DNA of 64,000 bases from Parasitella parasitica NRRL 2501. Lineage: Eukaryota; Fungi; Mucoromycota. The position numbers were made by a program, and so were the translations under genes. This document shows positions 1 through 15,000 of the stretch, one piece after another. The notes beneath the pieces are model-generated. The model was not told the origin of the DNA. It was given only the letters and a program-made list of their open reading frames with translations, and searched no databases. The stretch is from the NCBI GenBank assembly GCA_025201805.1, contig MU619252.1:288153-352152 (forward strand), given 5' to 3'. Positions within the stretch are counted from its first letter, which is position 1; every line of letters starts with the position of its first letter.

Positions 1-830
1 TAAATAAAGCAGAAACTTTGACATCTCGCCTTCGTGGGTTAGACATTCTGAGACCTTGTGGGACAGTTGCATTAATAAAGAACTAGGCTCAAGGTAAATA
101 TTACCTTTGTGCCAAAAGTTTATTAATTCATCCCAATTTTATTTTCAACGAAAGAATGCCTTTTAGTAATATAGCTTTTTGACAGTTTGCAATCAATTAT
201 TGTAAAAATTTCAAAGAGGTCGGAATTAGGTGTAGATGAATACGTTACTCAGGTGGTGTGCTACGGAAAGTCAAACTTGCTATTTATAAATGCAAGGATG
301 TGCCGACTGAGACAATCATATGGATTATCTAGTTAACGCAATTGCTAAGCTTCCGGAGAAAATATATTACATTCTCCATCATATTGATAAGCCAGCGACT
401 CTCTATAAAGCCTTATATTTACAATTTACATTAATAACTAACCCTGTACAATAGACTGTGATGGTAGCTTTGTAATGTGGGCAAATGCTCCATCAGTCTG
501 CTGTGAAGAAGAGAACGCATTGCAAACTGGGTTTGATTCGGACAGGTGAGTGAAAGGAATGCAAACAAAGAAAAGAAGAGCAAAATTATAACGTGACCAA
601 GCCGTTTTTCCAACATCTACGAGAGGCTATATATGAATGTGTTTATGTACATTAGTTATATTTAGGTGAGAATCCACTTAACACAACCTTTATCAAGTGG
701 TTCATGATTGAATGGTAAAGTGACGTAATTTCAAGATGTTGAGAAAAGGAGTTTGTAAAATGCATGTACAAAATCAAATCGTCCGTTTGCCTTCTTATTA
801 TCTTCTTTTTCTTTATCTAAAACACAAATA

Positions 831-2212
831 ATGTCTGCAGCTGATAACGACGAAGTCAATAACATTGACAAGATTCCCACCGAGCAAAAGGGTGCCTTCC
901 ATCAATTCTTAAAATCACTGGCCTCCTTCTCTGGCGACCTTTCCTCGTTAACATGTCCTGCTTTTCTCCTCGCTCCTGTTTCTTTGATCGAATACTCGTA
1001 AGTAAAATAACGTATACAAGTGGGAGGGTTACTAGTGTATGTGTGCGCGCGCTTGTTTGCATGGAAAAAATGGACTGGAACGGGGCGATGGCAGCAACAT
1101 TCTAACCGTTCCCTTAGTGAGTATTGGACACAACAACCAGACCTCTTTACAGATATTACAAAATCTGATGACGAGGTTGAGCGCATGATTGCATTCGTAA
1201 AGTGGTTCATTTCCTCATTAAATGCTTCATATTCTCGTCGCGTGCCCAAGGGAGAATGGGAAAAGAAGCCATACAATCCTGTTTTGGGCGAGCAGTTCAA
1301 GATGCAATGGGGCGACTTGCAAGATTCAGGTGAAACTGATGTCCTAGTTGAGCAAGTGTCTCATCATCCCCCCATTACCGGGTTCCATATCATAAACGAG
1401 AAGCATGGTATAACACTGAACGGTCATACTGGTCAAAAGACTCGCTTCTCGAGCACCTCTTTGATTGTAGACCAAGTTGGCCAGAGCGTGGTTACGCTGA
1501 AAAATCGCAACGATGAACACTACTTATACTCATGTCCCTCCATCACCGTGAACGGTATTTGGTATGCTGGTAATGTCTTTGTTGGCGCTGTTTTTCTGCT
1601 GTGGATATGCATTAACCGTTTGTTTACATCTGCTTGTGTGTACATATAGCCCCTTACGTCGAGTTGCTCGGTACGTCTTATATTCAATCATCAACCGGTT
1701 TGTATTGTTCGATCGAGTATACCACACGTGGTTGGATTACTGGCAAAAGAAACCAATTTAAATGCTACCTTCGCCGAAACGCAGGCAATTCAAAAGAATA
1801 CATTTGCAAGATGGAGGGTCAGTGGAGTGGGAAATCTACGCTTACCAAGTTTGGATCAAAGACATCCGAGCCCTTTTTGGATGTCACCGCATTGACACCT
1901 GCTCCTATGCACGTAAAGGATATCGAAGAGCAAGATGAAATGGAAAGTCGCAAGATCTGGCAAAAGGTGTCCGCTGCCATCCGTGCTAACGATACAGCCT
2001 TGGCTGGCGTTGAAAAGAACAAGATTGAGACGCAAAAGAGAGAAGAAAAAGCAGCGCGCGAAGAAGCCGACAAAAAATGGGAGCCGAAATATTTCAAATG
2101 GGAAGACGACGAGCCAACTGTTATCACGCTGCAGCGTATGTTATCAAACACCGTCAATGGCAAATATGCACCTGCCACTAACGGCAACTGGGTATACAAG
2201 GATAATAATTAG
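831..2212 (+). CDS. Oxysterol-binding protein (Kes1/Osh4-like short ORP), 3 exons
   Basis: ATG at 831 (MSAADNDEV..FSGDLSSLTCPAFLLAPVSLIEY). The spliced ORF contains KKPYNPVLGEQF and the OSBP signature EQVSHHPP. GT-AG introns at ~998-1117 and ~1570-1649. Confidence 0.93.
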
Positions 2213-2685
2213 TAGACAATTTTCCACTGTTTTTTGTTTTAATTATGCACGTTTTCGAGTCAAATCAATAAACTATCAAATGTTCATACTGTAGATAGTT
2301 GTGTGTATGTAAAGAAGCAAAAAAGTAGTATGTAAATATTATGGTAGCGATTTGAAGCCTCAATCGAATGGCCATACTCAGCATCGCCTAATCGATGTAT
2401 TGCAGCTACTTTTTTCCAGCCTCAATATATTAGAATAATGAGGTCAAATTACGTTCCCAGCACAAATCGAAAGCATGACTACACATTGGTATCTTTGATA
2501 ACGGCTTTTTATGGATATGAAATACAACATTTTTCATTAATTGGCCAAGATAAAATCCGTGTTTTCCAAAAGAAAATCCATTCGGATGTTTGAAATGCAA
2601 TTATAAATATGCGCCTCGTTTGTTTTTTTTTTGTTTATTTTGTCTCTTCTTTTTTCCTCATCTTTTTTCCAGCTCTCTATTCAAT

Positions 2686-4230
2686 ATGTCCCAACCTCGC
2701 AGATCTTTCTCGTCTGGTCCTACGACCGGCACTGACGCTCAAATTGAAGCCGTTGATGAACTGAGGCATCATTTTAAGCTATCTACCGAAGAGCTAAAGC
2801 AATTCCGCGATGACTTGCGTCGCGAAATGGACATTGGCTTGAAGTCTGATAAAGCCAATATGGCCATGCTGCCTTCTTGGATTTTCAAGCATCCTACCGG
2901 CCAAGAAACTGGCGAATATCTCGGTCTGGAGTTGAGTGGTAAGCCGTTAATAAGTATTACTGCTTTGTTGTGGCGATTGACGTAGTGCATGTGTAACGAT
3001 GATTAGGGTCCAACATCCGCATCTATCTTGTCACCTTGCACGGCCAAGGTCGCATTAGCACTCGCCAACAAAAGTTTGTCATTAGCGAACATCTCAAGAA
3101 GGGCTCTATCAATTCAATGATCGACTTTTTGGTCGAAAGCGTAGACAACTTTTTATCGTTTGTTGGCAAATACGAACTCAAGCAAGCATTGAGCCTCGGC
3201 TTTGTCCTGTCTTTCCCTCTTGAACAACATGCTTTGAACAAAGCTGTCGTAATCCAATGGACCAAGGACTTTGAAATTACGGGTGCTGACGGTAAGAACA
3301 TTGCCGAGCTTTTGCAGATTGGTTTCAGACGTCGTCATATCAATATCAATGTCGAGGCTGTTATTAATGGTGCTGTTGGCTGCCTTTTGGCACACAGTTA
3401 TCGAAGCTTGGATACCTTGGTTGCCTGTACCATCAGTACCGGCACCAATGCTGCTTATTGGGAAAAGGTTGAAGCTATTGCCAAGTACAAGAAGGAACTA
3501 CCCCCCAAAGCTGATGGCGATATGATCATCAACACTGAATGGGGATCTTTTGGTGATAAGAATCCTGGCCTCTTGCCTCGCACTTTCTACGATAACCGTG
3601 TCAATCGTCAATCAGTCAATCCTGGCGTTCATGTTTTCGAAAAGATGGTTTCTGGTCTTTATCTTGGCGAAATTGCTCGTATTATTATGGTTGATTTCCT
3701 TGATCGTCGTCTTCTTTTCGAAGGCCAATACACTCCCGAATTGAACACTCCCTACCTCTTTGAGGCTTCTTACATAAGTGCAATAGGCTCTGACGATACT
3801 CCTGATTTAGAAGCTACCAAGCATATTCTGGAATCCATTATGAATTTACCCTCTACCACCCTCTCTGATCGCCAAATCGTTAGAACTATCTGCGAGCTTG
3901 TCTCCCAGCGTGCTGCTCGTTTGGTTGCTGCCGCCATGAGCGCTATCATTGACAAGAGAAATGCTCTTGAGGAAGGTTTGACAATCAGTAAGTATCGGAT
4001 GTGATTTTGTGTAATTTGAATAAGATGCTCATCAATTTTCATCAATGATTGCAGGTATGGAGGGCGCTGTTTATGAGCATTTCCCCAACTTCCCTAGACG
4101 TGTCAATGATGCCTTGAGAGGCATTTACGGCGAATGTGTTGATCACATTAATGTTGGTATCACTCGTGACGGCAACGGCATTGGTGCTGCCCTGGCTGCA
4201 ATGATTGCTATCACTCAAAAGCAAGCATAA
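2686..4230 (+). CDS. Hexokinase-family protein with degenerate catalytic motifs (probable non-catalytic hexokinase-like protein), 3 exons
   Basis: MAMLPSWI..PTGQETGEYLGLEL, WTKDF, INTEWGSFG, FEKMVSGLYLGE and DGNGIGAAL match the hexokinase fold. The canonical INDT is INGA. Confidence 0.9.
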
Positions 4231-4576
4231 GCATTGTGTACCCTTCCTACACATAAATTAATGTTACATAATACAATTCCCTTTTTTTTTTTCTCGCATA
4301 ATAAAAAACCTCAGTGTATTATTATTTCCAGCGTCCTACCAGATGGATTTTGAAACGAAAAAAATTTATACATCAAAATGCAGACCCTTACAATATCTTA
4401 TAAATCAGCTCACTATTATCACCAGCCCCTGAAGCTCCAACTTTTTTCCTCGCCTAAAACGATGCCGTGTCTTGTATACAGCATAGCAATTGAAGAAAAA
4501 TGGTGTTTACTAATATTTACTACATTGGAATATAATCGCATTATTGTTGAGTTGTAATAGAACAAGGGTATAATAG

Positions 4577-6273
4577 TTATTCTGCCATCCAGTTTTTGAC
4601 AGAGAGACGGTCATCATAGGAAGCTGACATGGATATCTTGCTCATATCATCTCTTGTGGCACAATTGCTCGCCGCTGCGTCTGTATTGCTGCTGTTCTCT
4701 GTGTTACTGTCGGCATTTCGAGTTGTGGGTAAAGAAGCAGAAGATTTCAACGGTTTTTTTGAGCCCTTGGGCTGGGATTGGAGTGTCTGCTGCTGCTGCT
4801 GCTGCCTTTTCTTCTTTTGTTGTCTGGCGTTCTTTGACGACGATGCCACAGATGAAGCCGAAGATTCGAACAAAGATTGAGAGGGTGAAATGGAATAATT
4901 GAAAGGTACTTTGACTATAGGTTGTTGCATATCTTGAAGTGTTTTTTCCAGATTTTGCAGCTTGAGGTTTTCGTATCGAAGGCTAAGATCGACATAATCC
5001 TTGATAGACTTTTTTAAATCTCTGCTTTTTTGCTTTTCAAAGACCTTGATCTCCTTTTTCACTTTATCCTGGTACTCGTCAAAGTCCTTTCTGTTCCTTT
5101 CTAGCTCTTCCGAAGCCTGGCAGAAGCCTGTTAGTATACAAAATCTGGTGCTAATCTTTGATTTTTTTTTATTATTATTATCATTATTATTACCTCAATC
5201 TCTTCCTCGATCACTTGACGAACTTCTGGATGATTGATTCCTAGTCTAAGCTTTAGCTTATCTGATCTGTCTCGTTTCTTGTTGCGGAATTTAAGCTGGT
5301 CAACATAATCCATCAGTTTGACAGTGCGCGAGTTGAGGATGACCTTTAACGGATCAAGCGAGTTTTTGTATTCGATCATCACATCTACAAACTTCATAGA
5401 CTCCTCCTTTCCTTGTCGTGTAAATACAAAGCCTAGTTCGTCCATCAGCAGCCCCATCATTTGCATTTTTCTGTCTAAATTCCTCTGTGAGTCTCTCAGC
5501 TCTAGCTTCAATCCTTGTCCGAGTCTGTATTTGCTTTGCGTTGTTTCGATGATCAAATCTCCCATATGCGTCATTGCATCTCCCAGGCCCTCTCTCGTCT
5601 GGATAAGTTGATTTAACGATTCTGCTATAAATCCATAGTATGACTCTTGTAATAAAATGTAAATCTGGTGCTTGTGAAATACGTCTTGGTCATTTCCTTC
5701 GATAATCTCAGAAGGTTTGAATGATTTGAAGCCTCTGTCTGTATTTGGTTTGATGACTCGGTTGAACCTCAAGAAGGACAATACTCCAGTATTCGAAGGC
5801 CCAACCTCAGTAGGAGACTACATGTGTATATCGTGTTATAATTATGCTGCTTGATTAATTTGCGATAATATACATTTACCATGTCAGCAGACAAGAAATG
5901 TATGAAATCAGCATCTTCTACCAATTCAGAGCGACCCATGATTTTGTCGAAAAAGCGCTCGATTTGAAGTCTCTTTCGCTCCACATAATCCTGGTCATCA
6001 ATAAGTGAGGAGCTGGGCTGATCGGGTAGTGGAGGGAGCACAACTACTGGAAATCTTTTCTTCAATTTATGAAATATCCAACTTATTTGTTGAAAAGTAC
6101 GAAATGAAGTAGGCAGAACCGTTTCAAATTTGCCCTGGAACTGTGATTTGCTGTTTCAGTGACAAGTGAAATAGCGGTTATAGATAATTACTTACATTTC
6201 CTTCCAAAACCAGTTTAAATTGTATTGTATCTGGTGTAGCTGCTGCTTCGGGAACTGTTAAGGTAATATTCAT
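4577..6273 (-). CDS. PX-BAR sorting nexin (Vps5/Snx4-like), multi-exon
   Basis: PX motif RFPVVVLPPLP...VERKRLQIERF...FIHFL, followed by a helical BAR-like region (FEKQKSRDLKKSIKDY). ATG at 6273 with a short first exon. Confidence 0.75.
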
Positions 6274-6798
6274 AATTGTGGTTTATGTTAAAAAAAAAGG
6301 GGGGGGGGGGAAGGAGGGGAAAGAAAAAGTAAAGCAGAATGTTAAAGCAAAGATACAAAATTATATTGTGTGTCCACCGCGTACACTGACACAACAGCAG
6401 CAATGAAACGGTTAAAATATTAACCGTGAATCATTAAAATGCAGTGAATCATTTGGACGTTTTTGAAGCATTAGCAACAGTTGTCATTTAAGTGAAGGGA
6501 TCAAATATACACATAGATATAAACAATTTGTACTTTAAAAGGCTTTTTATTATACAGAAAAAGGAGATTTCAAATCAAACATTACACTTTGAAGGGGATA
6601 TTTTATAATTGTAAAAAGAGCTCCCTAAAAAAATTTGCTTTTTGTGTCAATCGTGTGTTGCATGTTCTCCAGACTCATATTTATATATATACTTGATTTG
6701 CTCCTTTATATTCTTTATTTTCATATAAATACTCGCTTATTTTTGTCAATTGGGTATTTCTTTTCTCTTACATCCATCCTGTACATCAAGAATCCAAA

Positions 6799-8595
6799 AT
6801 GAGTTTATATGAAATGCATTATGTGTCGAATACGTCCGAGAAAGCTCGAGTCAAAGAGCAGCAAGCAATTATACAGAAAGCCCTGCAAGAGTTATCCATC
6901 AAAAGCAAATTGGAGCAGCAGCAAGAGCATGAAAAATTACTCTCGAAGCACCATTTAAAGTCCTCGCCTGTGAACTTTGATCTATGGCTCCATTCAACCA
7001 AATATAGCGTAGTAACCAACGAGTGCAGACCTTATTCGCCTTACTTCAGCGGAAACGCTGCCATGTCAGATACTGCTTCTACTTGCACTCGTCTAAATAG
7101 ACAAAGAACTCCTTCGATGGTGTCAGCTTCATCATCTTATATGTCAGAAACTACAACAACTACTACATCTAATAGCGTTTGCAGCAGAGAAGACGATGCC
7201 TGTTTTGCCAATCCCACTGAAACAATATCTGAAAGGTATACACATATAGCCACCAGGCACAGCCAATAAACGTCCATCCAGACACATAACTCACGCATTT
7301 ACTTTTTTTTCGCCCATGTAGAGACATGTACGGTTTCAAAAGGCCATTTCAATGGGTCAATAAATCTAAGCTGATAGAGTTTGAACAACGTTATAAATTG
7401 GTACAGAAAAAACAAGCTAGAGGCTGGAAAAAATTGATTGTCAATAGCGATCAGCAATGGCCTGCCTTGTGTCCACAGCGTGAGTACTCCTTGTCATTTT
7501 CTACCCGTAATAAACTGACGAATACCCCTTCTCGACTGGTAGTGAGCCGGTATGTCAGAAAGGGAATTCCGCATGCTATGAGAGCCAAGGTCTGGATGCA
7601 TTACAGCGGCGCAAACAAGAAGCTGCAAGAAAACCCAGGACAATATTTGCGATTACTGGAAACAGATGCAAAAAGTGAGCATGCCGAAGCTATTCAAAAA
7701 GACCTTCACCGTACATTTCCCGATAACTTGCATTTCTCTTGCGATGTGCAACACAAAGATGGGTCTACCACCGTGGCGCCTGAATCGAACCAGAAGATCC
7801 AGCAATTGCGCCGAGTTTTGCTTGCTTTCAGCGTCCATTCGCCTAGTATTGGATACTGTCAGTCTCTCAACTTTTTGGCGGGATTCTTGCTGTTGATTTT
7901 GAGCGAAGAGGAGGCATTTTGGATGCTGGTCACCATTGTGCACGACATATTCCCTCAAAACGTGTTTGACACTACTATGGAAGGCGCTAATATTGAACAG
8001 ACAGTACTCATGATGATGCTGTATGAAAAGATGCCTGGTATCTGGACTAAAATGGCAAGCAAAAAATGCTTCTGGGAATGCGAGCAGAAGGAAGAGTTAC
8101 CCCCTATCACACTCTTGACAAGCCATTGGTTTCTCACTCTCTTCATAAACATTCTGCCTGTGGAAACTGTCTTGCGGATTTGGGATTGTTTCTTTGTGTA
8201 AGTTGAACATATACATCACACTCATATATAACACTGACTCCTGTATTTGCTATTCGTGTAGTGGCGAGGGTTGCAAAGTGCTGTACCAAGTCGCATTGAC
8301 CATCTTCAAACTAAATGAGCAACGTATTCGAAACGCAACAGATTCAACCGAAACATTTCAAATCCTTCAAAACATGCCGAAAAGAATGATTGATTGCGAC
8401 CAATTTATGAAGGTAGGTGTATACTTGGAGAGCGAAAAAAAAATAAAAATAGTGCACTAATATATTTTCTTTGTTTAGTGTGTTTTCTCTCCTGAAAACG
8501 ATGTTGCACAGGTATCTAACAAGGATATCAATAGCAAAAGAGACTTGTTCAAAAGCCGTAAACTACAAAGAAGAATGAGCCGCAATACGAATTAA
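6799..8595 (+). CDS. TBC-domain Rab GTPase-activating protein, multi-exon
   Basis: RKGIPHAMRAKVW, R-finger IQKDLHRTFP, Q-finger GYCQSLNF, EEEAFWML and VLRIWDCFF. The last exon ends at TAA 8593-8595. Confidence 0.92.
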
Positions 8596-9087
8596 CAGAG
8601 TATTGAATACTCTGTCGAGCCAAGCTATAGTAAATTTCATTGTAAAAGTCTACCCACCATCGTTTCCTCCTTTATATATACGCTAATATTACTAAAAGTT
8701 CACATATACTATTAAAATACATAATTATTAATTGCGATTAATCCTTAATAAACCCATGAGCATGTTACAAATATTGTCAAAATTTGTTGCAAGAGAATTC
8801 AGGAACAAGATTCATGCGATTTTAATCTTTGCCTATATTCATACCATCCTCATGGTCATGCATTAAATTTATTGATTATACGTTTAGAAAATTAGCCTGA
8901 AAGGATCAATATCGGCTCACTTTTTTTTTTTTTTTTTTTTGCGGTCATTATGCAAATTTTCGACATACTTTCACTAAAGCATTTCTACAGTCTCAGAGAA
9001 ATGAAAAAATTAGTTTCTTATTAAATATACACAATACTTAAAGGCCGAGAAAAGCTTATATATGGATTCAATAATGACAAAATTTTA

Positions 9088-12000
9088 TTATAGTTTTCCT
9101 TGAAGAATGTATTCAATGCTCGTATTAATGTAATCTTTTTTAAAATTCATATCAAAACCCAAGATATTAGATAATTGTTCACGAACTACAAAAATATATG
9201 CAAATCGGATTAGCTATTGTTCTTTGAACCACCCCACCGCCCTAGTTGCTATATTTTTACCTTGTTTTTTGGTTATGCTCATCAAATTAGCCGTAGCCAA
9301 AATTGCTTTGATTTCATTCACAATGTCATCGTCCGAAGGGAAACCAGCTGGAATCATTGAAGAAACTGATACCTGACTGACATTACCCATGGGTATATCC
9401 AATTCACTCTGTGAATGTCCAAATAGTTGAAACCCACCTGATACATCAAAGGTGGAGTTGCTTCGAGGGCGAATGTTGAATGCTGACGGTGGAGTGGCAT
9501 CCCCTATCTCATTTACTGTGGGGGAGCCAAAGTTCCCTGGAGACATGAGAGGCATTTGTGGATTATAGAAACCCGTACTCTGCATATCGTGGAGTTGCTG
9601 CTGGTTTGAATCCATCATGATAGGTTGCATTGGCGGCATTGGCATGGGCTGCATTTGACTCGTGAAATCAGGATACACAGAACTTGCAAAAGACATGTGT
9701 CTCATAGGCATACCAGGAGGAGGGGGAGTAGTCATTATACTGCGACTGTAATCTGGCATAGGAATCATTCCGCCAGGAGTAGGTGCACGGCCGTATTCAG
9801 AGCCTGCAACAGACCCGGGTGTAGTGAAAACATGAGATTGTCGGCTCCTGGGCTTCTCGTTGACTTTGGTGTCGCGATAATAATCAAACTCACCGCCAGC
9901 AGGGTTACTCACTCCACTATAAACACTGCGTTCATACCCTGGAGGGACCATACCATAGCTATTGTACGTGTTTCCAGTCAGGCCAGACTCTCCGGACCCG
10001 CGAGTTTGCATCTCCCACTGTTCCTGTTCGTAAATGCTCCATTTCTTCATGGGAATCATCTTTTCATCAAACTTTTCTTCGTCTGTAACAATGATTTTTC
10101 TTTGGCTGTCACCAACGACCACACGAGTATTGCCCCACGAGAAATCGTCGAAATGCCAAAAAGAATATATAGGCAAAGCAAAAGAGTACACAGGCAAAGC
10201 AAGCAGATAAAAAACCATCCAACCAATATGTTGCCACTGGCGCTTCAGAATAAAGATTATGACTTGAAGAGCGTATAAACCAGCCAACATGCCAATAGCC
10301 AAGGTAGGGAAGGGGCCAGCTTTAGCTGCCATGACGTAAATCAAGTATACAAAGTAGCCAAACGAGACGGGTAGCGTCAAGGTACCGATCAGATCTACCA
10401 AAACAACAAAGCGCATAGAGAAACAGCAGAAACCGCAAAGATCAGGAAGCAAGAATACTTCCATCAGGTTGTGAACAGTAGAATTAATCCATCGGCGACG
10501 TTGAGAAAGCAGGATCTTCCACTTGTCAGGAGCAACAGTGCGACACATGGCGTAAGGAGTGAACTTCATTTTATATTTAGGAAAGTGCTTCATCATTAAC
10601 GTAGTCAGGTAGCGATCTTCGCCGAGAGACAAAAGATTCTTTTTGTGCAGTGTGTCGACGTGATTTTCGGCATAGTCGTGGACAACAGAAGGCGCAATTA
10701 TAAGAGGCTCGTTTTTAACAGGCGTACGGATACGATACATACAGAAACAACCAGGCAAACATGTGACAGAACCAAACAGAGATTCGAAAGCCTTTGCTAG
10801 ATAATGAGAGATGTAGTATTCATACACCTGAATCATAGTTGTCCATGATTGTTTCTCGTTGGCTAGAGCAGTCTCTCCACAAATACCCATAATGCGAGCG
10901 TCATGGAGCATCGCCGAGATCAAGTAGTTTAACGAGTAATCCATAACTTCAGTATCAGAATCCACCATGAGGATGTATTCATAAAATGAGGGGTTGACAC
11001 CAATGACATTCTTGATTTGGTGGTACATTTCGAGTTCCATAGGTGTCATTTCGCTGTCAAAATGAACGCGGTTCAAGAAATTCATTGCAATCATTTGAGA
11101 ATCACGCTTACCACGGTTACCAGGCTTAGCGCGTTCAGAGGCCTTTCCAACCTTGGCTACAACAAGATAAGGCACGACATGGCCCTCGCATTCGTATAGA
11201 CCAGAGTAAATTTTACCGTAATTGAGTTGCTTTGCGCCTTCGCCCACGGATTTAAACATGAGAGGCTCAGGATCCATTTTCGCATCATAGCCCAGGATAT
11301 CCAGTACAATACGAGGTGTAGGACGATCATTACCGCTGCCCATCACCATACCATCGGCAATGATAAAAAGCAGTTTTCGTTTATCGTCATACTTCATCAC
11401 AGTGAGAGAGTCTATCGTCTTTTTGAGAGACTCTTCGTCTTCAGTGTAGCAAGGAATTTGACAAATGACAAACTTATCGTGATCTTCAGGCGTAGGTGCA
11501 CTGCCAAATTGAAGGGCGGCGAGGAATTTGACTAGTATGACCAAGCACATGAGACAAGCACAGGCTAGCAATAGGTAGTTGGAAAACATGCAGCGAGCTG
11601 TCTCACGAGGATCCACATAGCCAATTAAAAAGTAGTTATTCAAGCAGTTCATGTTCATTTCTTGCTCTTCAACGCTCATCTTGCCCTTGTATTGCTCCCA
11701 TTTAGCAGTGGCATCGGTTCCCTTAAACAGACTGAACAAGTCTTCCACAGTGCCAGACAAAAAGCTATAGTTACTGCTCGACGTACCGTATGTGTCGACA
11801 GTAGTAAAGTAGTCATTCAGATCGTAGACATTGTTGTTGATTGCCAATGCATATCGGCCCCAGCCTTCAGCGTCAGCCTTCAAATCTTTGATAAGATGCA
11901 CTAGAGTGCCCTTTTTATAATCTTGAATAGTAGGCAGAAACGCTTTCCAATACCAGTAAGGGTCAGTTGTATCGTTTGAAGATGTAATCTGCGCTTGGTC

Positions 12001-15000
12001 GCCTGAATAATGGATGAACGAAGCCTGTGGGTTTACAGTTGTATTGGCAAGGATTTTGACATTACTGTCTGCAACAAGGCCCGAGCAAGCTATAGTCAAG
12101 GGAGGAGGGACGGAAGAGGAGACATCCCTTCCAGCCAAAGCGTCCATAGCGTCCTGAGTTGCCTCGTACGCTGCAGTGCCGTGGGTAGCCTTTGAAAATT
12201 GCGTCATGTCGTAAACTGTGCCTCGCACGCTCATATAGTTGTCGTTTGCTGAATTATGGTTTCCAACAGTGGCTGTCGAGTACATGGTAGTGGTATTTGG
12301 ACACATTACTTCTCCAAGGCCCACAATAAAGAACATGATGATGGCAGAAAACCAAAAGATGATCAGGCACAGTGTCACTTTTTCACGCCATGCCATTTGG
12401 ATATCTGAGCGCTTCATTTTGCCCAGTTTACTCAGTAAAAAAGACGGGATCCAAAAGGTATTCAGCCAGACAAAACGAACCCACCATCGACGCAGTGAGG
12501 TGATGGGCACTTCTTCGATATTTTCAACCTTGGGCGCTTGAGTATCTTCAATCATTTTACTCATATCCATGTTTGGACCAAAGCTAAAATTCAATAGTTA
12601 GTTATACATGCTTTATTGCGCAAAGGTTGATATTCACCCTTCCGCAAGACCATTGATGCCCCATTCGGATTCGTCGCCCCACTGACTTTCATCTGCTTGT
12701 TTCCCTTCGCTATAGGCAAAACTACCATTATCAACATGGTCATATTCAGGAGAACACGCATACTGTTGGCCGATGCTCTCCTCATACTTGTATGGATTTC
12801 TCAAAAGATGATCATTTTGGTTTCCGGTGTATTTTGCATCCAGACCTTTCTCTTGTTCAAAAACAGGTTGCCTCCTAGTAGCAGTAGCATTCTGCGGTTC
12901 TATTTTGGCCTGTTTTCTTTCTTCCTTTTCGGCTGCTCGTAAGCCATCTTCAAGTTCCTTCCATACATTGTAGTTGAGCCAGACCATCTCTTGACCAACA
13001 AACACAGACTGATGACTCCACTTCATGACTGTACACGCAAGCTCAATGCGCTCTCTGTCAGATCCGCTTTCTTCCAATTGCAAGGTGTACAGGAATTCTT
13101 CATAACGATCCACGAATTCCTCAAATGTATAATAGTTTGCAAAATCAAAGTGGTGGCGTATTATTAGATCAGGAATCAAAAAGGCACGGATCTGTGATCT
13201 GATTCTATTGTGGTCGAATTCTGGTGCCTGAATGTCGTTCGGTCTCAAGTGAATAATGTTGTAAATTCTAGTGTCTGACATGGAGAAGGTGATATCCCGC
13301 AAAGTAATGTAAAGCTGGTCAGTTACTGTCATTTCTTGCATGTCTTCATAGGCTTCCTCGGCTTGTCTGATCTTCTTGTCAAGTTCCATCTCATCCGGTG
13401 CTGTGGGATTTTCATCAGCAAGGCGGCCATCATCAGCTGCCCTTTCAGGTCTACGCCTAATGGTTGTTCCCCTTCTTCTCATTGTGGGGGCACGCGTAGG
13501 CTTACTAGAAAGCTGAGCTTTGACAATTGTGCCGGCATCTTTAGGGTGGGATTCCGTAGCAATGGCTGTGTCTTGAAACAAATTGGATAAAAATGCATTG
13601 GAGCTGCTTTCTCTCAGCATGTTGACAAAATCAGCCGAAAGGTCATCCATGTTCTTTTCAATAAACATGTCCACAGAGTAATGAACAGTGCCAGAAAAGT
13701 GATTTATACCAAAAGAGTACGTTTGGGAGCTCCGGGACAAGGAGGGGTGGCTGGTGAACTGTCGCTGCAAGGTGGCCAAAAAGTTGGCATTGGTGGCATC
13801 CGTAGCTCCCATTTGTAGCCGAGCAGTGTCTCTGTCCATTAACCCAGTGATACCACCCAATCCCAGCGATGAAGATTTGCTCAATACTTGTTTTTTACTG
13901 TGAGCGTCTTCAATGAGCTGCCTTTTATCTTTCCCTAACAATAACTCCAAACAAGCTGAATTATCAGCAACTTTCACCAGAGGCAAAGGAATGCCATCTT
14001 GCACCATAATGGCATTTAAGCCGTAGTCATTACTGAAATGCTCATTGACTAAAAAGTAGTGCATTCGTTCGTTTGCCAGGTTGACGCAGAACTCGTGGAA
14101 GCCATTTGTCTGAAAGTTTTGAAAGCCAAATTGATCCATGATGCCAACCACGTTGCATGGCTCTTGAGCACCAGAATAGCAAATTTCCCTGTTCACCGAT
14201 TCGATAATCCACATAAACAGGACATTGTACAATGCACAGGCAAGCTCATCGCGCTGTTCAGTTGCAGACTGGGGGTTCAAAAAGATGGTGCACATTTCTT
14301 TGCCGATAAGCTTGAGTTTGTACGTCAAACACGTCTCTAATTTGGCGGGGGATACGCCCAGCATGACAGCCACAATGTCGAGGACCTCTCTATTCTTCAC
14401 TATGCATGCTTCTTGCGCCAATGCGTCTGTGTTTTCTTGGAACTGCAAGTTTCCAATGTGTAACATGGTGGCTAGCAGCTGAAATATCTGAGTCACTGTT
14501 TTTGCCTTGAATCCGCACTCTTTCAAAGCGCTCTTGAGGTCGCTAAACTGGATATCATCGTTCCAATCTGCTGTCGAGATGCAGCCGGACTGGCCCAGGT
14601 AATTGAAATACTCTGGCTTAAAGTTGATGTGTAGGGCAGTTTTTTCCTCGACGGTGGTTCCGGCCAGAAGCGAATAAAATACGTGGTATGTGCGTTCATT
14701 TGGTGGTACTTGAGTAACCCTAGATTTGTCAAGTTGAAAGGTTAGTGTCTTTGCGCCCAGAATACGGCCCCGTTCATTAAATTGGATTTCCTGAAACATG
14801 CCAAACTTGGACGCCGAGACATTTTGTGTAGTACGGGCATGCCCAAAAGCTTCAATTACGATGAGAGCATTCTGAATTTGAGAGCCTAATTTGGTTTCTC
14901 GCCTCTTGTGTGCCGAGAGCTGCAAAAGCTCACACAGGAAGTGTGTTCTGGTTATGCTTTTGCCAGATCCTGTGATACCGCTTGGACACCGTGCGTTAGT

